Shown: in pieces, positions 31,701-40,701 of the stretch
How positions within the stretch are numbered: the stretch's first letter is position 1
How the letters are laid out: every line of letters begins with the position of its first letter
Virus record (IMG/VR): IMGVR_UViG_3300032282_001105
Location: 1 to 64,000 of that record
DNA length: 64,000 nucleotides
Source of the DNA: a virus
Direction: 5' to 3' (one strand)
The notes under the pieces: generated by a model
The model's input: the letters and a program-made list of their open reading frames with translations, nothing else
Database searches by the model: none
Told to the model about the DNA's origin: nothing
Made by a program: the position numbers and the translations under genes

Positions 31701-34700
31701 ATTAATTCAGGTGCATACGTATATGCACAAAGCGTCAATGCATTAAATGAAAATTATGGTAGTCAACCATATTATGGCACTGCATTAGATTTTAACAATA
31801 ATTATGTAGTTATTGGAACACCTAACTTTAGACCAAGTTATAACAATGGTCAAGTAATTATATACAACAATGCATCTGGTGAAACAGATTGGTCTGTGTA
31901 TCGTAATTCTGCACCAATCGTTAATACTGATGCAATACAAAACGTTCAGTTGTATAGTGTAACTACGAACAATACATTAGATAATTTAGATTATATTGAT
32001 CCATTACAGGGTAAAATACTAGGTGCAGTTAGTGAAAATTTAGATATTACATCTAATGCCGATCCTGCTAATTACAACAGTCCTGATGCAACAAACAAAG
32101 GGTCTACTATTTGGGGAGCCGAAGAATTAGGAAAATTATGGTTTGATACCTCAACTACAAAATTTGTAAATTATCATCAGAGCGATGATGTTGTTTATAA
32201 TAGTGTATGGTGGGGTCGTGTTTTCCCCGGTAGTGATGTAAGAGTTTATAGCTGGATCACAAGTGATGTACTGCCTATATTATATCAAGGCCCTGGTACA
32301 CCTAGAAGCCTAGATAATTATGTTATTCAATATAGATTAAACAGTACTGGAACGATTGTACCTATATATTATTATTGGGTAAGAAATACGAATATTGTAT
32401 TCAATCAATTAGGAAAAACTTTATCAGATACTATTTGCGAATCGTACATTGCTACACCAATATCAACTGGCATATCATATATGGCGCCAATACAACCAAA
32501 TGTATTTGGTTTATATAATTGTGGTAGCAACATTAATAACACTGATACTGCATTACATATTGGTTTTGCAACAGGTACAAATGATGATGTTTCACATAGC
32601 GTTTACAGTTTAATTCGTTCTAATTATGCTGATGATTTCTTGCCAGGATTACCTGGCATAGGTGACACACTAGTTCCTGAATCCTTATATAACAGAATGT
32701 TAGAAAGTTTTAGTGGAGTAGATCAGACCGGTGCAGTTGTACCTGATCCATACTTACCAAAACCAGTACAGTCAGGTATATTAGTTCGACCTCGTCAAAG
32801 TTTCTTCTATAATAGATTTAAAGGTCTAGAAAATTATCTTACATATGCAAATGAAGTATTTGCATTGTATCCTTTAGCTGAAACAAGTAGTTTGAAATTC
32901 TTGTTTACTGAAGGTCAAATCAATAAATCGACTGATCCGGTATATAATACTGACCCGTTAACACCTTATTATAGCACTAGTCCCTGGACAGGCCCGATTG
33001 AATTGTTTTACAATACACAAGATTACTGGGAACTAGTTAACTGGTGGGCTCCTGGCTATGATAACAATACTAGATCCGCAATGTTAGTTGAATCTTATTA
33101 TGATTTAGCTCCTATCAATGCTCAGATAGGTTTGATTGTTACTGTTAATAAAAACGGTGAAGGTCTACAAGAAACTTATATATATGACGGTGCAGAATGG
33201 GTTCGTATTGGTTTACAAAGTGGCACCATACAATTTAAGAGTTCTTTATGGGATTATGCTGAAGCACGTTTGGGTTTTGGTGATAATTTCTTTGACACAA
33301 CACCGTTTGATACCTTCCCTAGTGAAGAAACACGTTATATCATTCGTGCATTGAACGAAGAATTACCTAGTAACTTATTATTATATAGAAATAAATTGTT
33401 AACATTGATGTTCCAATATATTGTAAGTGAAACAATTGAAAGTCAAAATTATCTACCTTGGTTGAACAAAACCTCATTCATTGATGTTGCACACACTATA
33501 CGTGAATTATTACCTCTAGAAGTATTCCAAAGTGATAATCAAGAATTCTTATCAGGCTATTTAAATGAAGCCAAGCCATTCCACGTTGTCATCAAAGATT
33601 TCTTATTCAAATATACAGGAACAGATGTATATGAAGGTGAAATAACTGATTTTGATTTACCTGCTCAATACAATACACAATACCAACAATACATTACTCC
33701 TGAACTAGTGTATGCTAATCCAAGTGGTATTAATCAATACTTGCCAAATGATCCTATCTGGCAAACTCAACCTTATATTAATTGGTTTAACAATCAAGGT
33801 TTAAGTATTACTGGTGTAAATAATTATCCTATTACAATATTAGCCTCATATATTTCAGAAAATAGTGGCTCGATAGTTGTAGACAACGTATATGGATTTC
33901 CAACAATAGGCACTATTTTAATAGGTGATGAAGAAATTTCTTATTCAAGTGTTGATAGAGCATATAGCACGTTAAATGGATTGACACGTGGTGTAAACGA
34001 TACACCTATATCAAATCATATTCCGGGTGAGCAAATTATCATTGATTTACCTCCTGTATTATTATTAAATGGCGGAAGAGGGTATGCAAATCCCCCTAAA
34101 GTTACCGCGTATATTGATACATCTATATACCCAGAACCAAGACGTGCGGCTATATTACAACCAGTAATGAGCTTAGATACAATTTTAAGAATTGATGTAG
34201 TAGATCCGGGTGATGGTTACCAAGTATTACCTGAAATAGTAATTGAACCAAGTGTAGTCATTACATTTGCTAGTACAGAAGTAGGAGTATTAACAAATAC
34301 AATTACGCTACAAACTCAGTTTGTTCAAACCGGTGACCTAGTTCGATATTATACTGGCATAGATACTACACCAATTGGTGGAGTAGATGATGGTCAATAT
34401 TATTATATTGCTGTATTAGAAACATCTCCGTTTTATGTTATTGCATTATATACTTCATATGCTGATGCATTGCAGGATCGTGACAGAGTGATATTTACAG
34501 ATGAAGGATCCGGAAATAATAATAACATTGCAGTAAGTGCAAGAGCAAGTTGTGTGTCAACTTCTGTCCCTATTAGAGAAAATAATATTACTCTACGATT
34601 TGATAGAACGACATATAACTCACCAATTACAGAATGGACACCAAATAATTTTTATGGTAGTTTCTATGCAGGTTTATTTAATAACAGCACTCAGGTTGCA

Positions 34701-37700
34701 AGTTCTAGTATTTTATTAGAAGCCACTCAGCCTCCTATCAATACTATTTTAGCTAGTGGTCAGGGTGCAACATTTGAAATACAAAGCGTAGTTAATGACC
34801 AAGTAGTAACATGGTCATCATTTATTCGTTCAGTAAGTGAAACAACAGCATCGGATGATTCTATCACTTTATCATATAGTAGTACAGAGCCAAATGCATC
34901 TGGATCAACTATTGGTTTTTATGTTGGAATGCCAGTTATGTTTGCCGGAGCAGTGGGTTTAAGCAACATAGAAAATGATATAACTTATTATGTTAAGTCT
35001 ATCGTTGACGAAGCTAATTTTACTATATCTGAAACAGTTGGTGGTCCAACATTTGCATTGAATGATGAAGTAATTAGCATTGCTGGTTTATCTTGTTATG
35101 CGGGTGAAGTAACAAATACTGCGATAGTAACAATAGCATATCCTGGAATATTGAATGTCACTACAACAGAACAAACAACTAACTTTATTACATCACCGTT
35201 ATTAGCTAGTGGTTCAGGTGGTACTGCTGGATTCTATGTTGGTTTACCTGTATATTTTGTAGGTGATGTATTTGGTGGAGTCATTGAGAATGATCCATAT
35301 TACATTATAACAATTATTGACGATGAGACATTTACTATATCAAAAGAGAATGATCCGTTAGTTTTAGACGTTACTGCTACATCATCTACTGGAAATGTAG
35401 TAACTGTATCTTCAACTCTACAACTAGCAGTTAATGATCCTATCATCTTCACTGGTGATACGTTTGGTAGTAACATTGTTGCAGGTACTGTATATTATGT
35501 TAGAAGTATAGTATCCGGTGGTATTACTATTGCTAGTGTATTAAACGGTGGTGCAGTTCCATTAACAACTGCTTCAGGTTCTTGCACATTAACTAGTCAA
35601 GCAACAGCATTGCAGTTAACAACTGTAAATAACGGCTCAATGACAATGAATGTTGGATTACCGGTAAGTCCAGGACAAATTAATGGACAACAGTTTACAT
35701 TCTATCAAACAGAATCATCTATTGCTACAGGTGTAACAGGTACTAATGGTAACTTAATTATACGAAATACTGTTGCTAGTACTGATAACGGCAATGCATT
35801 GTTCATATCATACTTGGATGGTGGTACAACAAATATGTACACTAACTTACCGTTCCAATTAGATGATACGATAGGTGGATTGTCTGCTAACACAACTTAC
35901 TATGTTTTATCATTAGAAAATATATCAGTTAATGTAACTAGTACAAGTTCTTCTGGTACTATAACTTGTGCTTCTACTATTGGTTTTTATGAAGATATGC
36001 CGGTATATTTTACCGGAGCAGTGTTTGGTGGAATAGACGATTTCAATATTTATTACATCAAAACAATCAATAGTCTAAACACGTTTACAATGTCTACTAC
36101 TATTGGTGGAAGCACATTTGTACCAACTACTGATAATGGTTTAATGACGTTAACCGTTGATGATCCTTATATTACTGTTAGTGCTACTCCAAGTGGTAGT
36201 GCAATAACTCTATCCGAAGAAATAAAAGAAGTAATACTAACTCAATACCCAACAGCAGTTCCATCATTCAATATAGGAACTTCATTGGGTGGTTATACAG
36301 TAGAGATTGTTGCAGACGGTGAGGGATATACATTTGACAATACGATTACTATTCCAGGAACAAGTTTAGGTGGAACGACCCCGACAAATGACCTCGTACT
36401 AACAGTTAATGGTATTTATGTTATTGTTGCAAATCCTGACTTTATATATTATCCTGATCCAGATTTCTTGTTACCATTAGTATCTGATGGAACTATTACA
36501 AGTGTGATTGGTTCAGGAACTCCTGTCAACATTGTAAATCAATATTACTTGAAAGTTATATCTGCAACACAATGTGAAGTTTATTCTGATCCATTAATGC
36601 AACTTCCAGTAAGTGGTATAGGATTCCCATATAACGCAGAAGATTATGCGTTATTACCTGAGCCGTTCTACTTTGACCAATCGATTGTTAAGTATAATAA
36701 TCAAGTATGGCAATGTGTTATTAGTAACAATGATAGTGAATTTATCTTAGGTAAATGGGAACTACTGGTCAGCGGTGATAGGAAACTTAATGAGTTAGAC
36801 CGTATTGTTGGTTATTATCAACCTACTGTAAATATGCCTGGGGTAGACTTAACTCAATTGGTCACTGGAATTACTTATCCTAATGGAACTTACAAAGATA
36901 ACGCTTTTGCTCCAGAGGATCAATATACATTAGATACTATTTTAGAAGATAAGCCGTTTGGTGAAATTGGTGAGACTATATACAATGTACAAGGTGATCC
37001 ATTCCAAGCAGGTTATGGACCAGAAGAATTAGTACCAGGAGTGGTTACTGATAACCTAGCAATGATTGTTACAACTAGACCGGGAACTAATTGGGATGCA
37101 GAAATATATCAAAATGTAGGTTTCAATGTAGTATCAACCGAAGTAACACCTACATCAGGTCAACAGGAATTCTCATTCAGTCTTATTGTAGAGAATCCGG
37201 CAAATATGGCATTATTTGATATTAATAATGCTACCAATTTAAGCACTAGAATATATGAGTATTCAGTTGATTGGGTTAATAAAGTTATAACTTTAGATAC
37301 TGCATTAGCATCAAATCATAATTTGCGTATAGATTTATATGAAGTTGGTAATGGAGATCAGTTAGTAAAATCTAATTCACAAGTCATACCGTTTATTGAC
37401 AATGAAACAACTGGTTTTGTTGAGATGCCATTAGGTTGTAATTATTCTGCTAACATATACAGTGGTTCTGGAATAATTAGACCAAATACAGATCCTAAAC
37501 AAGTTACTGCAACTGAAACTGATGCATTAGATAACGGTATCGTGTGTGATAGTGTGGACTATTTTGCACTTAATGCACCTATAACATTCCAAGGTGCTGT
37601 ATTTGGAAATATAGTTGCTGGAACTCAGTACTACATTAAAACAATTAGTACTATTACTAATAAAATAACTGTTTCAGAAACTATTGTTACTGGTATACCA

Positions 37701-39884
37701 GGACCTACTTTTATTGTTAGCTCTGATACAGGTACAATGTTAGTAAACATTCAATCATCTAATGGACTAGTTTGGTCAGATCCTATTGTAGTACACAACG
37801 GAACTAATCTTGTATTGGGTGAACAGGGTATTGTTACTGAAACAATTAGTGGTACTAATAAGATTGTAGTTAACTCTACAGACCATTATGAAGTAGATGA
37901 TACCGTTGTGTTTAGTAATGCTATTGATGACCCTGATGGAACATTTGTTGGTTGTGGTCTAGTATCACAACAAATATATTACATTACTTCTATTACAGGT
38001 AATCAGTTTACAGTATCAAACACAATGGGCGGAGCAAATGTAACATTGAATGATGCAACTGGTATTGCGTTATGTATAACTAATGATTATGCTATTTCTA
38101 TTGTTGAACAGGGTATAACTGCTAAATTTGTATTTGCTAATCAATATAATCAGAATGATGATTTTGTTGTACTATCAGTGTTTGGAGAGACAGCACCGTT
38201 ACAATACGGATATACATTACCAGTATTAGAACAGTTTACTGCAACTGCGGGTCAAACTGTTTTCAACTTATCTAACTATGTAACTGGTGACAATCCAGAT
38301 AACGCAATTGTAGAAATAAATGGCCTACGTTTAAATGATACTGCTTATACAATTAGTGATCTAACTGATACATTAACATTAAATAGTGGTGCAACCTTAG
38401 GTGATATTGTTGCTGTAACTAGTTATAACTTAACAGATCGTCAATACTTAAATACTCAATATGGTATTACAGGTAAAACAGTATCTACTATTCAAACTAT
38501 TAACAATCAAATTACAAGTCCGTTGGTAACAACAGTTGTAACTGCTACATCATCTATTGGCAACTTCTTAACGTGTGTTGACACTAGTAGCTTTATTGAT
38601 AACCAAACTATTATATTCCAAGGCGTAGGTATAGGTAATGTATTAACAAATGGTACTGTGTATTATGTAAAATCTGTGACGTTCCCGTATGACGGCACAT
38701 TTACTATTTCTCAAACCTTAGGTGGCCCGACATTTGATCCAGGTACTGGTTCAGGTAATATGCTAACTACTGTTGGCGGACAACCTGCAGTTCGTGTAAC
38801 TACTGCATCTGCACACGGAATAACTGCACCAACTGGATCGGATCAATTATTTAGAATTTCAGGAACACAGGGTTCTGTGCAACTGAATAATAATACATAT
38901 TATGTTCACGTAATTAGTCCAACTGAAGTTGATTTATATACTATTCAACCTTATAACTCAGCTATCAATGCAACAAACTATCCAGTGACTCAAATATCAA
39001 CTTGGACAGGTGGCGGGTATATTTTTGAGGATGAATCATTTGTTATTGTTAATGATTGGGATCAAACTAATGTTGATAGATTGTGGGTTACGGTTAACGG
39101 AAAACGTGTACCATCAAGTTCATTGTATCTAAATGCTAATAACAACCTAACTATTTCAACTCAAATAATATCAAGTGATATTGTTATCATTACAAGTATG
39201 ATGCCCACAGCTACTCCAAATCAGTTGGTGTATATTCAAACAGTTAATAAGAACGGAACACAGACTGTGTTCAGAGCAAATTCATTAACTAGAACTTGGT
39301 TAACATATGGCTTACAAGATGTAGATACTGTGTTATATGTAGAAGATGTGTCTAAGATAACTGAGTCTATTACGCAGAGTGTGACTGCTCCTACTGTAGT
39401 AGATGATACTATGAGCATAGGACTTGAGGGAGACAAGAATACTATTTCACAGGTTATTGTTTATAATAATAGTACAAATGCTACAATAGATCCTGCAAAT
39501 TATGGAATTGTTATTGAAGATGTTGCTCCTATTTTAGTAATAGATATTGACCCATTGTCTCCATCTATTACTGTAGGGGATTCTTTAACTATAACAGTAA
39601 TTGTGGGCAATTTAGTTTATATTAACGGTGAGCAGATACGCTTCACTACTGTAGATTTTATTAATAATACATTGTCTGGTTTACAACGTGGTTATAACGG
39701 AACTGGCAAACAGGTATATATTCCTAAATATACAGAAGTTTACAGTGTATTAACTTCTAATATTTTACCGAGTGTTTACATAGATCAAAGTTGGAACTCA
39801 TTTAACTATAATCCTATAGAGGGTGATCCACTACAGATTAGCACGACAGTTCCTGCTATTTTCTTAAATGCTGATGTTCCTTGA
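22731..39884 (+). CDS. Giant 5717-aa virion structural protein (gp7-position baseplate wedge/fibre) with beta-propeller and many repeated beta-rich domains
   Basis: Uninterrupted 17-kb ORF after gp6; Thr/Ser/Asn/Val/Tyr-rich; N-terminal LP.IFQT..N..FL.ATLDQ; YLNEAKPFHV motif; internal repeats. Confidence 0.8.
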   Translation: MAARIRTLNFLPDIFQTPTNAQFLGATLDQIVDQPNTMRIEGYIGSKFGYGINAKDNYVIEPTKVRTDYQLDPGVVFTKTNTSTAKDFISYPGIIDALKLEGAITDNNDRLFNSQFYSWDSFTNLDKIINFNQYYWLPTGAPAVNISTDIVYTATDYTVQSLPNGYKISSDVNPGGTTNPTLTLIRGGTYTFTVNQSSEFWIQGKPGITGYDPQQPNIQTRDVLGVENNGTSTGVVVFTVPYKDAQNEYNFPGNNLVDVVSTLPFDQINGQLLSDVGNIDGVTGLEGLTVMFYNTGSPFLVSAGSFVVGTTYTITDLGDTTQLQWNTIAGTSSVTYAVGDSFIAAAVGTGTGTAKALTGYVSKFYDTTLYDEDGGVSYTPPGTTADFNNYEGGYYTDIYSTFYTITYEGSASDPVLRLVPSTAIPTSQKITVTYGTQWKARNFYRTTVGTINLIPYLSAILDTLYYQDSVSVNKVGIIRLIENNSTNQIDINDILGREQYTSPNGVVFTNGLKVSFSGDIFPTSYKTGEYYVEGVGTAIELIDTSTLIAPEPFTEGSYIPYDTLPYDDGNYDSTLYVPVYQDYITIARNSIDKNAWSRSNRWFHIDVINATATYNNNPDIATVYATQYNKAKRPIIEFYPNLRLFDNGIIGKAPIDFFDDRTTDAFTYVAGQENYWPDVEVFTAYTAAIAGVTGDTTTTITVLENDVTGTFQVGQFISDTTNQLPSNTQITDIASATVDGVTTLTLTVEWITPANVGTVTDASLVADDVSNDNYSLYDGARIVFSVDTNPEVKNKIYVVRLSDIAGDGTKVITLTEADDGLVLPLECTFAFKGFNNQGKDFYFDGVEWFLAQLKTTVNQAPYFDIFDNDGISFGNTDVYVGTSFKGNKLFSYGIGSGIKDIVLGFPLRYSSVNNVGDISFDVPLNSATFNYVNGTTPKTQQVNTGYVYNYTSGTNVVRQLGWQTAVAESRQYQIFSFNYVASEATTTYTCDIAAETNTVWPNIQVYVNNVLQAKDTYTYTINANSTVVNFTVPDPSIDTIVEITLLSDQVSKTAYYQVPINLQNNPFNADVTVVNVGDIRGQYQSIFYNNPNTTGVVFGANNYRDLGNLVPWGTKIIQNSASLVLPGSLLRLQNHNLINSIQYSSQQYINFKSLLVYTIDKTEYNVRQSPATILDDALDQITSNKTNTEPFFWSDMLPSKAAYVTNTYTFANSLDVSIYPLTRIYNYSTANYYGVLVYLTTTVGNITTTVQLIINQDYTISTDSPSLTITKDLAPGDIITIREYNQTFGSYVPNTPTKLGLYPSFIPSVVLDSDYSQPTYFIQGHDGSYNKLYGDYIDGYLIDFRDQALLEFEKRVYNNLKLSDIVPVTEYDVIPGFFRTTNYSYDEILQIYSQYFLNWVGQNRLEYKKQFYQPNDEFSYNYTQSGNKINGQAFEQGFWRGIYEYFYDTSTPNLTPWEMIGFSNEPTWWTSRYGASPYTSDNLVLWGDMAAGINWNNGDPIVLPQFIREQLLEVIPVDSAGNLLSPFDAVMGNYNQKTFRNNWVVGDVGPVEFSYRRSSSWPFDLMKILALTKPAQFFNLGFDVDNYKYSSEFNQFLVNNRSHLVISDVAIYGNGTAKTSYVNWIVDYEKQAGITATENITELFDNLDVRLIYRLAGFSDKSLLGFFVEKGTPNSRNASLLIPDESYSVILYDNVPISTIIYSGVVVQSTSTGWKVFGNSQDTAYFTTVTPKINGNYNKVTVGNQSVQIANDYTETKINIVPYGTEFVDIQSLSQFIASYGQFLLTQGVLFDQIESGIDVNWRQMITELLYWIQSGWENGSLINLNPAANLITINKESHVVQPLTLQKQNFILNQNFYPIQSTDLSVNRDSTFFSARPLNEGDTVAYGQFNISNFEHGIVFDNVTLFNDVLYNLTTGLRQNRILTRGTKSADWNGTIDAQGFILNQDNIEEWSPNQKYTRGSIVKYKNKYWFALKVLNAKDIFEEQYWKETDYNEIQKGLLPNSSTRSYESTLFYDTNKANLDQDSDLLSWSLIGYRPRDYLALADLTDITQVNVYKNLIKEKGTRVATDTFRGLTLPQGGIDYDIYENWAIKTGEFGGVLNNNFVDFRLNQNVLTSNPSIVGLTNGTFTTGVQQEVPTYSIFNYGRPVNSPNVLPTLPSDTPNRLLPDAGYANFNDIKISSYYYNGLNTAVTPLSQLYVNEYVWLADYNSTWQVYTPTSAGQVIGAVNNLNGTVTIQFATQHNLTKYQPFAIVNFNSNINGYRIVASVVDAFRITIALNISPSITGITGNGVAFKFSSQRVATPSDINNLPLLDSEFVKNKVWVDENNDGSWAVYSKSLNYVFNDELLKTGSSTYGSAVAQTSALGYLITDATAGKAYRYSYNVVFDTYSIVQTLDHDVSFGTSITYTDDIFVISEPTSGSPKVYVYQLEQTTLVDQLNLIQTITAEDGSTNWGSAISVSGDKNWLYISATDLNRVYVYRKSNPNTYSAGTFTVGKSYTITSLGTTTQNEWNIIAGTNLNPEPVVYSVGSSFVCADPGTGSGTATDITYVQVTYLSTTLSPGDNFGYALATNYYGNTVVTSAPEKDTIVADLGTAYSFERIVQNFEASYNSLPFTPQTFSLIFTPNTTPVTVTATNSGTDRFTCASSASLVVGDPIVFTGTVFGGVSLNTVYYVLAKPTGTTFTVSTELGGSILQLTTDSGSMIAVQQTEPIFVSVNGTLIDDSNYGVTNSSINIYSSLTAGDIITVSGSEFVLTQEFASVDSNPEVGTNFGYSLDVDNYANEILIGAPFEINSQNEEGAVYRYTNSGGSYGIVTGTTECNVLTPVTILVNGYSVLIPAGNASTVASAIASAKITNVTASASANNILTIQVISVDLAYINAKLTVSVLDATVLDQLGIQLYTQTQLINDPHSQGRTQFGSTIKFNESGSFVVSAPASARYSDTTFDASDDENYNNDTLFDNNTTQWIDSFNNAGAVYMYDYLPVYNESVINSGAYVYAQSVNALNENYGSQPYYGTALDFNNNYVVIGTPNFRPSYNNGQVIIYNNASGETDWSVYRNSAPIVNTDAIQNVQLYSVTTNNTLDNLDYIDPLQGKILGAVSENLDITSNADPANYNSPDATNKGSTIWGAEELGKLWFDTSTTKFVNYHQSDDVVYNSVWWGRVFPGSDVRVYSWITSDVLPILYQGPGTPRSLDNYVIQYRLNSTGTIVPIYYYWVRNTNIVFNQLGKTLSDTICESYIATPISTGISYMAPIQPNVFGLYNCGSNINNTDTALHIGFATGTNDDVSHSVYSLIRSNYADDFLPGLPGIGDTLVPESLYNRMLESFSGVDQTGAVVPDPYLPKPVQSGILVRPRQSFFYNRFKGLENYLTYANEVFALYPLAETSSLKFLFTEGQINKSTDPVYNTDPLTPYYSTSPWTGPIELFYNTQDYWELVNWWAPGYDNNTRSAMLVESYYDLAPINAQIGLIVTVNKNGEGLQETYIYDGAEWVRIGLQSGTIQFKSSLWDYAEARLGFGDNFFDTTPFDTFPSEETRYIIRALNEELPSNLLLYRNKLLTLMFQYIVSETIESQNYLPWLNKTSFIDVAHTIRELLPLEVFQSDNQEFLSGYLNEAKPFHVVIKDFLFKYTGTDVYEGEITDFDLPAQYNTQYQQYITPELVYANPSGINQYLPNDPIWQTQPYINWFNNQGLSITGVNNYPITILASYISENSGSIVVDNVYGFPTIGTILIGDEEISYSSVDRAYSTLNGLTRGVNDTPISNHIPGEQIIIDLPPVLLLNGGRGYANPPKVTAYIDTSIYPEPRRAAILQPVMSLDTILRIDVVDPGDGYQVLPEIVIEPSVVITFASTEVGVLTNTITLQTQFVQTGDLVRYYTGIDTTPIGGVDDGQYYYIAVLETSPFYVIALYTSYADALQDRDRVIFTDEGSGNNNNIAVSARASCVSTSVPIRENNITLRFDRTTYNSPITEWTPNNFYGSFYAGLFNNSTQVASSSILLEATQPPINTILASGQGATFEIQSVVNDQVVTWSSFIRSVSETTASDDSITLSYSSTEPNASGSTIGFYVGMPVMFAGAVGLSNIENDITYYVKSIVDEANFTISETVGGPTFALNDEVISIAGLSCYAGEVTNTAIVTIAYPGILNVTTTEQTTNFITSPLLASGSGGTAGFYVGLPVYFVGDVFGGVIENDPYYIITIIDDETFTISKENDPLVLDVTATSSTGNVVTVSSTLQLAVNDPIIFTGDTFGSNIVAGTVYYVRSIVSGGITIASVLNGGAVPLTTASGSCTLTSQATALQLTTVNNGSMTMNVGLPVSPGQINGQQFTFYQTESSIATGVTGTNGNLIIRNTVASTDNGNALFISYLDGGTTNMYTNLPFQLDDTIGGLSANTTYYVLSLENISVNVTSTSSSGTITCASTIGFYEDMPVYFTGAVFGGIDDFNIYYIKTINSLNTFTMSTTIGGSTFVPTTDNGLMTLTVDDPYITVSATPSGSAITLSEEIKEVILTQYPTAVPSFNIGTSLGGYTVEIVADGEGYTFDNTITIPGTSLGGTTPTNDLVLTVNGIYVIVANPDFIYYPDPDFLLPLVSDGTITSVIGSGTPVNIVNQYYLKVISATQCEVYSDPLMQLPVSGIGFPYNAEDYALLPEPFYFDQSIVKYNNQVWQCVISNNDSEFILGKWELLVSGDRKLNELDRIVGYYQPTVNMPGVDLTQLVTGITYPNGTYKDNAFAPEDQYTLDTILEDKPFGEIGETIYNVQGDPFQAGYGPEELVPGVVTDNLAMIVTTRPGTNWDAEIYQNVGFNVVSTEVTPTSGQQEFSFSLIVENPANMALFDINNATNLSTRIYEYSVDWVNKVITLDTALASNHNLRIDLYEVGNGDQLVKSNSQVIPFIDNETTGFVEMPLGCNYSANIYSGSGIIRPNTDPKQVTATETDALDNGIVCDSVDYFALNAPITFQGAVFGNIVAGTQYYIKTISTITNKITVSETIVTGIPGPTFIVSSDTGTMLVNIQSSNGLVWSDPIVVHNGTNLVLGEQGIVTETISGTNKIVVNSTDHYEVDDTVVFSNAIDDPDGTFVGCGLVSQQIYYITSITGNQFTVSNTMGGANVTLNDATGIALCITNDYAISIVEQGITAKFVFANQYNQNDDFVVLSVFGETAPLQYGYTLPVLEQFTATAGQTVFNLSNYVTGDNPDNAIVEINGLRLNDTAYTISDLTDTLTLNSGATLGDIVAVTSYNLTDRQYLNTQYGITGKTVSTIQTINNQITSPLVTTVVTATSSIGNFLTCVDTSSFIDNQTIIFQGVGIGNVLTNGTVYYVKSVTFPYDGTFTISQTLGGPTFDPGTGSGNMLTTVGGQPAVRVTTASAHGITAPTGSDQLFRISGTQGSVQLNNNTYYVHVISPTEVDLYTIQPYNSAINATNYPVTQISTWTGGGYIFEDESFVIVNDWDQTNVDRLWVTVNGKRVPSSSLYLNANNNLTISTQIISSDIVIITSMMPTATPNQLVYIQTVNKNGTQTVFRANSLTRTWLTYGLQDVDTVLYVEDVSKITESITQSVTAPTVVDDTMSIGLEGDKNTISQVIVYNNSTNATIDPANYGIVIEDVAPILVIDIDPLSPSITVGDSLTITVIVGNLVYINGEQIRFTTVDFINNTLSGLQRGYNGTGKQVYIPKYTEVYSVLTSNILPSVYIDQSWNSFNYNPIEGDPLQISTTVPAIFLNADVP
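29785..31870 (+). repeat. Seven FG-GAP-like blades within the giant protein
   Basis: TYGSAVA, SFGTSIT, NWGSAISVSGD, NFGYALA...SAP, NFGYSLDV...IGAP, QFGSTIKF...SAP, YYGTALDF...IGTP. Confidence 0.7.
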
Positions 39885-39886
39885 AA

Positions 39887-39894
39887 GATAAATA
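39887..39894 (+). promoter_or_regulatory. Late-promoter-like GATAAATA, 5 nt before a small ORF
   Basis: Intergenic recurring motif. Confidence 0.7.
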
Positions 39895-39899
39895 AGTAA

Positions 39900-40049
39900 A
39901 TGAATAATACTACAGAAAATAAACCTGAAACTAAACCGGAAGTTGGACCAAAACCCAACGAATCCGGAGGTTTCTATTTTTCATCTTTTCTAAAAATAAC
40001 GGATCCAAACACAAAAGAAGTTTTGGTTCAAACACGGGGCGATAACTAA
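39900..40049 (+). CDS. 49-aa small protein not in the ORF track (MNNTTENKPETKPEVGPKPNESGGFYFSSFLKITDPNTKEVLVQTRGDN)
   Basis: Fills the gap exactly, late motif upstream, TAATG coupling to the next gene; FLKITDPNTKEVLV resembles FLKIYDPNNGEIFV in the next protein. Confidence 0.75.
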   Translation: MNNTTENKPETKPEVGPKPNESGGFYFSSFLKITDPNTKEVLVQTRGDN

Positions 40050-40669
40050 TGTCAGTAATAACACTATCATATAAAGTAGAGGGTTTCTTAAAGATATACG
40101 ACCCTAACAACGGCGAAATATTCGTTGATAAGAAAAATGCTATTAATTACGAAAATATGTCAGAAGCAATTGCTGACACATTAAGCAGTCGTGGATACGG
40201 TGAAATTTATCAGATGGCGTTCGGGAACGGTGGTGCAAGCGTAGATGAAACAGGTGTTATCACATATCTACCCCCGAATACTACTGGCCAAAATGCGGCT
40301 CTGTACAATCAGACCTATGCTAAAATCGTTGACGATACCAGTGTTTTTAACCTAGATCCAACAAGAAACAAGATGACAGTTAGTCACACTACTGGTAAGG
40401 TTTATACTGACATTTTAGTACAATGTTTGCTTGACTACGGTGAGCCTTCTGGCCAAGCGGCATTTGACAACAGCACACAAACTGATTCCAGCTATATTTT
40501 TGATGAATTGGGTCTATTAGCTAACTACGGCACTGATAGTAATGGAAACGTTATAACAAGATTATTAACTCACGTTATTTTCCACCCAGTCCAAAAGAGT
40601 TTAAATAGACAGATTCAAATAGATTATACCGTTAGAATCCAAGCATTGACAAACTTAGTCACAATTTAA
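40049..40669 (+). CDS. Virion structural protein (baseplate/tail-fibre attachment-like)
   Basis: MAFGNGG, FDELGL, LLTHVIFHPVQKSLNR.IQIDYTVRI; lies between the wedge and fibre genes. Confidence 0.6.
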   Translation: MSVITLSYKVEGFLKIYDPNNGEIFVDKKNAINYENMSEAIADTLSSRGYGEIYQMAFGNGGASVDETGVITYLPPNTTGQNAALYNQTYAKIVDDTSVFNLDPTRNKMTVSHTTGKVYTDILVQCLLDYGEPSGQAAFDNSTQTDSSYIFDELGLLANYGTDSNGNVITRLLTHVIFHPVQKSLNRQIQIDYTVRIQALTNLVTI

Positions 40670-40677
40670 GATAAATA
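40670..40677 (+). promoter_or_regulatory. Late-promoter-like GATAAATA before the tail-fibre gene
   Basis: Intergenic recurring motif; GGAG RBS follows. Confidence 0.7.
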
Positions 40678-40701
40678 AAAGAGACCCCGGAGTAATTAAA
40701 C

